This document shows, one piece after another, positions 30,901 through 43,729 of a stretch of 64,000 nucleotides of DNA. Positions within the stretch are counted from its first letter, which is position 1. Every line of letters begins with the position of its first letter. Source of the stretch: the human T2T-CHM13v2.0 reference genome, Homo sapiens. The position numbers and the translations under genes are program-made. The stretch lies in assembly GCF_009914755.1 (NCBI RefSeq), contig NC_060933.1. The stretch is one strand, 5' to 3'. Under the pieces are notes generated by a model, which was not told where the DNA came from, did not search any database, and saw only the letters and a list, made by a program, of their open reading frames with translations.

Positions 30901-33540
30901 TTCCATTCCATTCCATTCCATTCCATTCAATTCCATTCCATTCCGGAAGATTCCATTCCATTGCATTGCATTCCATTCCATTCCCCTGCACTAGCGTTGA
31001 TTCCAATCCATTCCATTCCATTCCATTCCATTCCATTCCATTCCATTCCATTCCTTTCCATTCCATTCCATTCCATTCCATTCCATTCCATTCCGTTCCG
31101 TTCCGTTCCGTTCCATTCCATTCCATTCCATTCTATTCGTGTTAATTCCATTCCATTCCATTCGATTGCAGTCGAGTTGATTCCATTCCATTCCATTGCA
31201 TTCCATTCCATTCCTTTCCATTCCATTACGGAAGATTCCATTCCATTGCATTCCATTCCATTCCATTCCCCTGTACTCGGGTTGATTCCATTCCATTCCA
31301 TTCCAATCCATGCCATTCCACTCGTGTTGATTCCATTCTTTCCATTCCATTCAAGTTGAATCCATTCCATTGCATTCCATTCCATTCCATTCCCCTGCAC
31401 TCGTGTTGATTCCATTCCCTTCCATTCCATTCCATTCCATTCTATTCCGATTAATTCCATTCCATTCCATTCCATTCCATTGAAATCGAGTTGATTCCAT
31501 TCCATTCCTTTCCATTCCATTGCATTGCATTCCACTCGGGTTGATTCCATACCGTTCTTTCCACTCCATTACATTCCCTTCCATTCCACTCGGAATGATT
31601 GATTCCATTCCATTCCATTCCATTTCATTCCATTGCAATCCATTCCAATCCATTCCATTCCATTCCATTCCACTCGAGTTGACTTCATTCCATTCTTTCC
31701 ATTCCATTCCATTCCATTCCTTTCCACTCGAGTTGATTCCATTCCATTCCAATCCATTGCATTCCATTCCATGCCATTCCACTCGGGTTGATTCCATTCC
31801 TTTGCATTCCATTCCATTCCATTGCATTCCATTCCATTCCATTCCGTTGTATTCCATTCCATTACATTCGGATTGATTCTATTCAACTCCCTTACTCTCC
31901 ATTACATTCCATTCCATTCGGGTTCTTCCATTCCATTCCATTCCATTCCACTCCATTCCATTGCACTCGGGTTGATTCCATTCCATTCCATTCCATTCCA
32001 TTCCATTCCATTCCATTCCGGATGATTCCATTCCATTGCCTTCCATTCCATTACATTCCCCTGCACTCGGGTTGATACCATTCCATTCCATTCCATTCCA
32101 TTCCATTCCATTCCGGATGATTCCATTCCATTGCATTCCATTCCATTCCATTCCCCTGCACTCGGGTTTATTACATTCCATTTCCTTCCCTTCCATTCCT
32201 TTCCATTCCATTCCATTCCATTCTATTCGGGTGAATTCCATTCCATTCCATTCCATTCCACTCCATTCCATTCCATTCCATTCCATTCCATTGGAATCGA
32301 GTTGATTCTATTCCATTCCATTCCATTCCATTCCATTGCAATGGAGTTGATTCCATTCCATTCCATTCCATTCCGGATGATTCCATTCCATTGCATTCCA
32401 TTCCATTCCACTGCCCTGCACTCGTGTTCATTCCATTCCGTTCCATTCCATTCCATTCCATTTTATTCCGGTTAATTCCATTCCATTCCATTCCATTCCA
32501 TTCCATTCCATTGCAATCGAGTTGATTCCATTCCATTCCTTTCCATTCCATTCCATTGCCTTGCATTCCACTCGGGTTGATTCCATTCTCTTCTTTCCAC
32601 TCCATTTCATTCCCTTCCATTCCACTCGGAATGATTGATTCCATTCCATTCCATTCCATTTCATTCCATTGCAATCCATTCCAATCCATTCCATTCCATT
32701 CCATTCCACTCGAGTTGACTTCATTCCATTCCTTTCCATTCCATTCCATTCCTTTCCACTCGAGTTGATTCCATTCCATTCCAATCCATTGCATTCCATT
32801 CCATGCCATTCCACTCGGCTTGATTCCATTCCTTTGCATTCCATTCCATTCCATTCCATTCCATTCCATTCCATTCCATTCCGTTCATTCCATTCCATTA
32901 CATTCGGATTGATTCTATTCAACTCCCTTACTCTCCATTACATTCCATTCCATTCAGGTTGTTCCATTCCATTCAATTCCATTCCACTCCATTCCATTGC
33001 ACTCGGGTTGATTCCATTCCATTCCATTCCATTCCATTCCGGATGATTCCATTCCATTACATTCCGTTCCATTACATTCCCCTGCACTCGCGTTGATTCC
33101 ATTCCATTCCATTCCATTCCATTCCATTCAATTCCATTCCATTACAATTCGTTCCATTCCATTCTATTTGGTAGCATTCCATTCCATTCCATACCATTCC
33201 ATTCTATTCCATTCCGTTCCATTCCATTCCATTCCGTTCCATTCCGTTCCATTCCATTCCATTCCATTCTATTCGGGTTATTTCCATTCCATTCCATTCC
33301 ATCCCATTCTATTACATTCCATTGCAATGGAGTTGAGTCCATTGCATTTCATTCCATTCCATTCCATTCCATTCCATTCCGGAAGATTCCATTCCATTGC
33401 ATTCCATTCCATTCCATTCCCCTGCACTCACGTTGATTCCATTCCATTCCATTCCATTCCATTACATTCCATTCCATTCCGTTCCGTTCCATTCCATTCC
33501 ATTCCATTCCATTCTATTCCGTTCCGTTCCATTCCATTCC
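27935..33540 (+). repeat. Tandem duplication of about 2.8 kb (approx. 27935-30749 and 30750-33540)
   Basis: ORF offsets 2815 to 2785 (28083/30898, 28715/31520, 29766/32556, 30357/33142). Shared variants GTAGCATTCC (~30387/33171), GTTGAGTCC (~30547/33332), ACTCACGTTG (30641/33426), ATTGGAATCGAG (~29500/32290). Confidence 0.9.
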
Positions 33541-35429
33541 ATTCCATTCTATTCGGGTTAATTCCATTCCATTCCATTCGATTGCAATCATGTTGATTCC
33601 ATTCCATTCCATTCCATTCCATTCCATTCCATTCCATTCCATTCCTTTCCATTCCATTACTGATGATTCCATTCCATTGCATTCCAATCCATGCCCTTCC
33701 ACTCGTGTTGATTCCATTCTTTCCATTCCATTCAAGTTGAATCCATTCCATTGCATTCCATTCCATTCGATTCCATTCGATTGCACTCGGGTTGATTCCA
33801 TTCCATTGCATTCCATTCCATTCCATTCCATTCCATTCCATTCCATTACATTACATTCGGAATGATTCTATTCAATTCCCTTACACTCCATTACATTCCA
33901 TTCCATTCGGGTAGTTTCCATTCCATTCCATTCCATTCCTCTCCATTCCATTGCACTCGGGTTGATTCCATTCCATTGCATTCAATTCCATTCCATTCAA
34001 TTCCATTCCCTTCCATTCCATTCCATTACATTCGGATTGATTCTATTCAACTCCCTTAGTCTCCATTACATTCCATTCCATTCGGGTTGTTCCATTCAAT
34101 TCCATTCCATTCCACTCCATTCCATTGCACTCGGGTTTAATCCATTCCATTCCATTCCATTCCATTCCATTCCATTCCATTCCGGAAGATTCCATTCCAT
34201 TGCATTCCATTCCATTCCATTCCCCTGCACTCGCGTTGATTCCATTCCATTCCATTCCATTCCATTCCATTCCATTCCATTCCATTCCATTCCTTTCCGT
34301 TCCATTCCATTCCATTCCATTCCATTCCATTCCATTCCATTCCGTTCCGTTCCATTCCATTCCATTCCATTCCATTCCATTCCATTCGGGTTAATTCCAG
34401 TCCATTCCATTCGATTGCATTCGAGTTGATTCCATTCCATTCCATTCCATTCCATTCCATTCCATTCCTTTCCATTCCATTACGGATGATTCCATTCCAT
34501 TGCATTCCATTCCATTCCATTTCCCTGTACTCGGGTTCATTCCATTCCATTCCATTCCAATCCATGCCATTCCACTCGTGTTGATTCCATTCTTTCCATT
34601 CCATTCAAGTTGAATCCATTCCTTTGCATTCCATTCCATTCCATTCCCCTGCAGTCGGGTTGATTCCATTCCATTCCATTCCATTCCATTCCATTCCATT
34701 CCGTTCCGTTCCGTTCCGTTCCATTCCATTCCTTTCCATTCTATTCGGGTTAATTCCATTCCATTCCATTCCATTCCATTCCATTCCAATCGAGTTGATT
34801 CCATTCCATTCCATTCCATTCCATTCCACTCCATTCCAGTCCTTTCCATTCCATTCCACTCGGGTTGATTCCAATGTATTCCTTTCCATTCCGTTCCATT
34901 CCATTGCAATCGAGTTGATTCCATTTCTTTGCATTCCATTCCATTCCATTCCATTCCATTCGGATTCATTCTATTCAATTCCCTTACACTCCATTACATT
35001 CCATTCCATTCGTGTAGTTTCCATTCCATTCCATTCCATTCCTCTCCATTCCATTGCACTCGGGTTGATTCCATTCCATTCCATTCCATTCCATTCCATT
35101 CCATTCCATTCCATTCCGGATGATTCCATTCCATTGAATTCCATTGCATTCCATTCCCCTGCACTTGGGTTGATTCCATTCCATTCCATTACATTCCTTT
35201 ATTTTCCATTCCATTCCATTCCATTCCATTCTTTCGTGTTAATTCCATTCCATTCTATTCCATTCCATTCCATTGAAATCGAGTTGATTCCATTCCATTC
35301 CATTCCATTCCATTCCATTCCATTCCATTCCGGATGATTCCATTCCTTTCCATTCCATTCCATTCCATTCCATTGTACTCGGGTTGATTCCATTCCATTG
35401 CATTCCATTCCATTCCATTCCATTCCATT

Positions 35430-38400
35430 CCGTTGCATTCCATTCCATTACATTCGGATTGATTCTATTAAACTCCCTTACTCTCCATTACATTCCATTC
35501 CATTCGGGTTGTTCCATTCCATTCCATTCCATTCCACTCCATTCCATTGCACTCGTGTTGATTCCATTCCATTCCATTCCATTCCATTCCATTCCATTCC
35601 ATTCCGGATGATTCCATTCCATTGCATTCCGTTCCATTACATTCCCCTGCACTCGCGTTGATTCCATTCCATTCCATTCAATTCCATTCCATTACAATTC
35701 GTTCCATTCCATTCTATTCCGTACCATTCCATTCCATTCCATACCATTCCATTCCATTCCATTCCATTCCTTTCCATTCCGTTCCATTGCATTCTATTCG
35801 GGTTAATTCCATTCCATTCCATTCCATTCCATTCTATTCCATTCCATTGCAATCGAGTTGAATCCATTGCATTCCATTCCATTCCATTCCATTCCATTCC
35901 ATTCCGGAAGATTCCCTTCCATGGCATTCCATTCCATTCCATTCCCCTGCACTCGCGTTGATTCCATTCCATTCCATTCCATTCCATTCCATTCCATTCC
36001 ATTCCATTCTGTTCCGCTCCATTCCATTCCATTCCATTCCATTCCATTCCGTTCCGTTCCATTCCATTCCATTCCATTCTATTCGGGTTAATTCCATTCC
36101 ATTCCATTCGATTGCAATCGTGTTGATTCCATTCCATTCCATTCCATTCCATTCCATTCCATTCCATTCCTTTCCATTCCATTACGGATGATTCCATTTC
36201 ATTGCATTCCATTCCATTCCATTCCCCTGTACTCTGGTTGATTCCATTCCATTGCATTCCAATCCATGCCCTTCCACACGTGTTGATTCCATTCTTTCCA
36301 TTCCATTCAAGTTGAATCCATTCCATTGCATTCCATTCCATTCGATTCCATTCGATTGCACTCGGGTTGATTCCATTCCATTGCATTCCATTCCTTTCCA
36401 TTCCATTCCATTCCATTCCATTCCATTCCATTCTGTTCCATTCCATTCCATTACATTCGGATTGATTCTATTCAATTGCCTTACACTCCATTACATTCCA
36501 TTCCATTCGGGTAGTTTCCATTCCATTCCATTCCATTCCTCTCCATTCCATTGCACTCGGGTTGATTCCATTCCATTGCATTCCATTCCATTCCATTCAA
36601 TTCCATTCCGTTCCATTCCATTCCATTACATTCGGATTGATTCTATTCAACTCCCTTACTCTCCATTCCATTCCATTCCATTTCATTCCATTCCATTCCA
36701 TTCCATTCCACTCCATTCCATTGCACTCGGGTTTATTCAATTCCATTCCATTCCATTCCATTCCATTCCATTCCATTCCATTCCGGAAGATTCCATTCCA
36801 TTGCATTCCATTCCATTCCATTCCCCTGCACTCGCTTTGATTCCATTCCATTCCATTCCATTCCATTCCATTCCATTCCATTCCATTCCTTTCCGTTCAA
36901 TTCTATTCCATTCCATTCGATTGCAATCGAGTTGATTCCATTCCATTCCATTCCATTCCATTCCATTCCATTCCATTCCTTTCCATTCCATTACGGATGA
37001 TTCCATTCCATTGCATTGCATTCCATTCCATTCCCCTGTACTCGGGTTGATTCCATTCCATTCCATTCCATTCCATTCTATTCCATTCCATTCCATTCCA
37101 TTCCGGAAGTTTCCATTCCATTGCATTCCATTCCATTCGATTCCATTCGATTGCACTCGGGTTGATTCCATGGCATTGCATTCCATTCCATTCCATTCCA
37201 TTCCATTCCTTTCCATTCCATTCCATTCCATTCCATTCGGATTCATTCTATTCAATTCCCTTACACTCCATTACATTCCATTCCATTCGTGTAGTTTCCA
37301 TTCCATTCCATGCCATTCCTCTCCATTCCATTGCACTCGGGTTGATTCCATTCCATTCCATTCCATTCCATTCCATTCCATTCCATTCCATTCCGAATGA
37401 TTCCATTCCATTGAATTCCATTCCATTCCATTCCCCTGCACTTGTGTTGATTCCATTCCATTCCATTCCATACCTTTCTGTTCCATTCCATTCCATTCCA
37501 TTCCATTCCATTCTATTCGTGTTAATTCCGTTCCATTCTATTCCATTCCATTCCATTGAAATCGAGTTGATTCCATTCCATTCAATTCCATTCCATTCCA
37601 TTCCATTCCATTCGGGATGATTCCATTCTATTGCATTCCATTCCATTCCATTCCCCTGCACTCGTGTTGATTCCATTCCTTTCCATTCCATTACATTCCA
37701 TTCCATTCCGTTCCATTTCATTCTATTCGGGTTAATTCCATTCCATTCCATTCCACTCCATTCCAGTCCTTTCCATTCCATTCCACTCGGGTTGATTCCA
37801 TTCTATTCCTTTCAATTCCATTCCATTCCATTGCAATCGAGTGGATTCCATTCGAGTTGAATCCATTCCTTTCCATTCCTTTCCATTCCATTGCACACGG
37901 GTTCATTCCATTCCATTCCATTCCATTCCATTCCATTCCATTCCATTCCATTTCATTCCATTCCATTCTATTCCGTACCATTCCATTCCATCCCATTCCA
38001 TTCCGTTCCATTCCATGCCATTACACTCGGGTTGATTCCATTCCTTTCCATTCCATTCTTGTTGAATCCATTCCATTCCATTCCGTTCCATTCGAATCCA
38101 TTCCATTGCACTCGGGTTGATTCCATTCCATTCCATTCCATTCCATTCCATTTCATTCCATTCCATTCCGTTACATTCGGATTGATTCTATTCAATTCCC
38201 TTACACTCCATTACATTCCATTCCATTCGGGATGTTTCCATTCCATTCCATTCCATTCCACTCCATTCCATTGCATCAGGTTGATTGCATTGCATTCCAT
38301 TCCATTCCATTCCGGATGATTCCATTCCATTGCATTCCATTCCATTCCATTCTATTGCAGTCGGTTTGATTCCATTCCATTCCATTCCATTCCATTCCAT

Positions 38401-39755
38401 TCCATTCCATTCCGTTCCATTCCATTCCATTGCATTCTATTCGGGTTAATTCCATTCCATTCCATTCAATTCCATTCCATTCCATTCCGTTCCATTCCAT
38501 TCCATTCCATTCTATTCGGGTTAATTCCATTCCATTCCATTCCATTCCATTCCATTCCATTCCATTCCATTCCATTGCAATCGAGTTGATTTCATTCCAT
38601 TCCATTCCATTCCATTCCATTCCACTCCATTCCAGTCCTTTCCATTCCATTACACTCGGGTTGATTCCATTCTATTCCTTTCCATTCCATTCCATTCCAT
38701 TGCAATCGAGTTGATTCCATTGCTTTGCATTCCATTCCATTCCATTTCATTCCGGATGATTCCATTCCATTGCATTCCATTCCATTCCATTCCCCTGCAC
38801 TCGGGTTGATTCCATTCCATTCCACTCCATTCCGTTCCATTCCATTCCATTCCATTGTATTCGGGTTAATTCCATTCCATTCCATTCCATTCCATTCCAT
38901 TCCATTCCATTACAATCGAGTTGATTCCATTCCATTCCATTCCATTCCATTCCATTCCATTCCAGTCCTTTCCATTCCATTCCACTCGGGTTGATTCCAT
39001 TCTATTAGTTTCCATTCCATTCCATTCCCTTCCATTCCACTCTGGTTGATTCCATTCCTTTCCATTCCACTCGAATACATTCCCTCCTATTCCACTCGGA
39101 ACGATTCCATTCCATTCCATTCCATTCCATTCCATTCCATTCCATTCCATTCCATTCCATTCCATTCCCCTGCACTCGCGTTGATTCCATTCCATTCCAT
39201 TCCATTCCATTCCGTTCCGTTCCATTCCATTCCATTCCATTCCATTCCATTCTATTCGGGTTAATTCCATTCCATTCCATTCGATTGCCATCGAGTTGAT
39301 TCCATTCCATTCCATTCCATTCCATTCCATTCCATTCCATTCCTTTTCATTCCATTACGGATGACTCCATTCCATTGCATTCCATTCCATTCCATTCCCC
39401 TGTACTCGGGTTGATTCCATTCCATTCCATTCTACTCCATTCGGTTCCGTTGCATTCCATTCTATTGCATTCCATTCTATTCGGGTTAATTCCATTCCAT
39501 TCTATTCCATTCCATTCCATTACATTCCATTGCAATGGAGTTGATTCCATTCCATTCCATTCCATTCCATTCCGGGTGATTCCATTCCATTGCATTGCAT
39601 TCCATTCCATTCCCCTGCACTCGTGTTGATTCCATTCCCTTCCATTCCATTCCATTCCATTCCATTCTATTCCGATTAATTCCATTCCATTCCATTCCAT
39701 TCCATTCCATTCCATTCCATTCCATTCCATTGCAATCGAGTTGATTCCATTCCAT
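35430..39755 (+). repeat. Copy 2 of the dispersed ~4.3 kb duplication (partner at ~21650-25930)
   Basis: Same private markers in the same order, e.g. CACGTG 36277 (vs 22505), CCGGAAGTTTCC 37103 (vs 23326), CGAGTGGATTCC 37838 (vs 24071), GCATCAGG 38273 (vs 24511). Confidence 0.9.
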
Positions 39756-42700
39756 TCCATTCCATTCCCCTGTACTCGGGTTGATTCCATTCCATTCCAT
39801 TCCAATCCATGCCATTCCACTCGTGTTGATTCCATTCTTTCCATTCCATTCAAGTTGAATCCATTCCATTGCATTCCATTCCATTCCATTCCCCTGCAGT
39901 CGGGTTGATTCCATTCCATTCCATTCCATTCCATTCCATTCCATTCCAATCAAGTTGATTCCATTCCATTCCATTCCATTCCATTCCATTCCATTCCACT
40001 CCATTCCAGTCCTTTCCATTCCATTCCATTCGGGTTGATTCCAATGTATTCCTTTCCATTCCATTCCATTCCATTGCAATCGAGTTGATTCCATTGCTTT
40101 GCATTCCATTCCATTCCATTCCATTCCGGATGATTCCATTCCATTGCATTCCATTCCATTCCATTCCACTGCACTCGGGTTGATTCCATTCCATTCCACT
40201 CCATTCCATTCCATTCCATTCCATTATATTGTATTCGGGTTAATTCCATTCCATTCCGTTCCATTCCATTCCATTCCATTACAATAGAGTTGATTCCATT
40301 CCATTCCATTCCATTCCAGTCCTTTCCATTCCAATCCACTCTGGTTGATTCCATTCTATTAGTTTCCATTCCATTCCATTCCCTTCCATTCCACTCTGGT
40401 TGATTGCATTCCTTTCCATTCCACTCGAATACATTCCCTCCTATTCCACTCGGAACGATTCCATTCCATTCCATTCCATTCCATTCCATTCCATTCCATT
40501 TCGTTCCATTCCATTCTATTCCGTATCATTCCATTCCATTCCTTTCCATTCCATTCCATTCCATTGTACTCGGGTTGATTCCATTCCATTGCATTCCATT
40601 CCATTCCATTCCATTCCATTCCGTTGCATTCCATTCCATTATATTCGGATTGATTCTATTCAACTCCCTTACTCTCCATTACATTCCATTTCATTCGGGT
40701 TGTTCCATTCCATTCCATTCCATTCCACTCCATTCCATTGCACTCGGGTTGATTCCATTCCATTCCATTCCATTCCATTCCATTCCATTCCGGAAGATTC
40801 CATTCCATAGAATTCCATTCCATTCCATTCCCCTGCACTCGCGTTGATTCCATTCCATTCCATTCCATTCCATTCCATTCCATTCCATTCCTTTCCGTTC
40901 CATTCCATTCCATTCCATTCCATTCCATTCCATTCCATTCCGTTGCGTTCCATTCCATTCCATTCCATTCCATTCCATTGCATTCCATTCGGGTTAATTC
41001 CATTCCAATCCATTCGATTGCAATCGAGTTGATTCCATTCCATTCCATTCCATTCCATTCCATTCCATTCCATTCCATTCCATTCCTTTCCATTCCATTA
41101 CGGATGATTCCATTCCATTGCATTCCATTCCATTCCATTCCCCTGTACTCGGGTTCATTCCATTCCATTCCATTCAAATCCATGCCATTCCACTCGTGTT
41201 GATTCCATTCTTTCCATTCCATTCAAGTTGAATCCATTCCATTGCATTCCATTCCATTCCATTCCCCTGCAGTCGGGTTGATTCCATTCCATTCCATTCC
41301 ATTCCATTGCATTCCATTCCATTCCAATCGAGTTGATTCCATTCCATTCCATTCCATTCCATTCCACTCCATTCCAGTCCTTTCCATTCCATTCCACTCG
41401 GGTTGATTCCAATGTATTCCTTTCCATTCCGTTCCATTCCATTGCAATCGAGTTGATTCCATTTTTTGCATTCCATTCCATTCCATTCCATTCCGGATGA
41501 TTCCATTCCATTGCATTCCATTCCATTCCATTCCCCTGCACTCGGGTTGATTCCATTCCTTTCCACTCCATTCCGTTCCATTCCATTCCATTCCATTGTA
41601 TTCGGGTTAATTCCATTCCATTCCATTACATTCGAGTTGATTCCATTCCATTCCATTCCATTCCATTCCATTCCTTTCCAGTCATTTCCATTCCATTCCA
41701 CTCGGGTTGATTCCATTCTATTAGTTTCCATTCCATTCCATTCCCTTCCATTCCAGTCTGGTTGATTCCATTCCTTTCCATTCCACTCGAATACATTCCC
41801 TCCTATTCCACTCGGAACGATTCCATTCCATTCCATTCCATTCCATTCCATTCCATTCCATTCAATTTCGTTCCATTCCATTCTATTCCGTATCATTCCA
41901 TTCCATTCCGTTCCATTCCATTCCATTCCATTCCACTCGTGTTGATTCCATTCCTTTCCATTCCATTCGGTTTGAAGGCATTCCATTCCATTCCATTCCA
42001 TTCCATTCCATTAAATTCCATTCCATTGTACTCGGGTTGATTCCATTCCATTGCATTCCATTCCATTCCATTCCATTCCATTCCGTTGCATTCCATTCCA
42101 TTACAATCGGATTGATTCTATTCAACTCCCTTACTCTCCATTACATTCCATTCCATTCGGGTTGTTCCATTCCATTCCATTCCATTCCACTCCATTCCAT
42201 TGCACTCGGGTTGATTCCATTCCATTCCATTCCATTCCATTCCATACCATTCCATTCCGGATGATTCCATTCCATTGCATTCCGTTCCATTACATTCCCC
42301 TGCACTCGCGTTGAATCCATTCCATTCCATTCCATTCCATTCCATTACAATTCTTTCCACTCCATTCTATTCCGTACCATTCCATTCCATTCCATACCAT
42401 TCCATTCCATTCCATTCCATTCCATTCCGTTCCATTCCGTTCCATTCCGTTCCATTCCATTCCATTCCATTCCAATCCATTCCATTGTATTCGGGTTAAT
42501 TCCATTCCATTCCATTCCATTCCATTCTATTCCATTCCATTGCAATCGAATTGAATCCATTGTATTTCATTCCATTCCATTCCATTACATTCCATTCCGG
42601 AAGATTCCATTCCATTGCATTCCATTCCATTCCATTCCCCTGCACTCGCGTTGATTCCATTGCATTCCATTCCATTCCATTCCATTCCATTCCATTCCAT

Positions 42701-43729
42701 TCCGTTCCGTTCCGTTCCGTTCCGTTCCGTTCCATTCCATTCCATTCCATTCCGTTCCGTTCCGTTCCGTTCCGTTCCATTCCATTCCATTCCATTCTAT
42801 TCGGGTTAATTCCATTCCATTCCATTCGATTGCAATCGTGTTGATTCCATTCCATTCCATTCCATTCCATTCCATTCCATTCCATTCCATTCCTTTCCAT
42901 TCCATTACGGATGATTCCATTCCATTGCATTCCATTCCATTCCATTCCCCTGTACTCGGGTTGATTCCATTCCATTGCATTCCAATCCATGCCCTTCCAC
43001 TCGTGTTGATTCCATTCTTTCCATTCCATTCAAGTTGAATCCATTCCATTGCATTCCATTCCGTTCGATTCCATTCGATTGCACTCAGGTTGATTCCATT
43101 CCATTGCATTCCATTCCATTCCATTCCATTCCATTCCATTCCATTCCGTTCCATTCCATTCCATTACATTCGTATTGATTCTATTCAATTCCCTTACACT
43201 CCATTACATTCCATTCCATTCGGGTAGTTTCCATTCCATTCCATTCCATTCCTCTCCATTCCATTGCACTCGGGTTGATTCCATTCCATTGCTTCCCATT
43301 CCATTCCATTCAATTCCATTCCGTTCCATTCCATTCCATTACATTCGGATTGATTCTATTCAACTCCCTTAGTCTCCATTACATTCCATTCCATTCGGGT
43401 TGTTCCATTCCATTCCATTCCATTCCATTCAATTCCATTCCATTCCGTAAGATTCCATTCCATTGCATTGCATTCCATTCCATTCCCCTGCACTAGCGTT
43501 GATTCCAATCCATTCCATTCCATTCCATTCCATTCCATTCCATTCCATTCCATTCCATTCCATTCCTTTCCATTCCATTCCATTCCATTCCATTCCATTC
43601 CGTTCCGTTCCGTTCCGTTCCATTCCATTCCATTCCATTCTATTCGGGTTAATTCCATTCCATTCCATTCGATTGCAGTCGAGTTGATTCCATTCCATTC
43701 CATTCCATTCCATTCCATTCCTTTCCATT

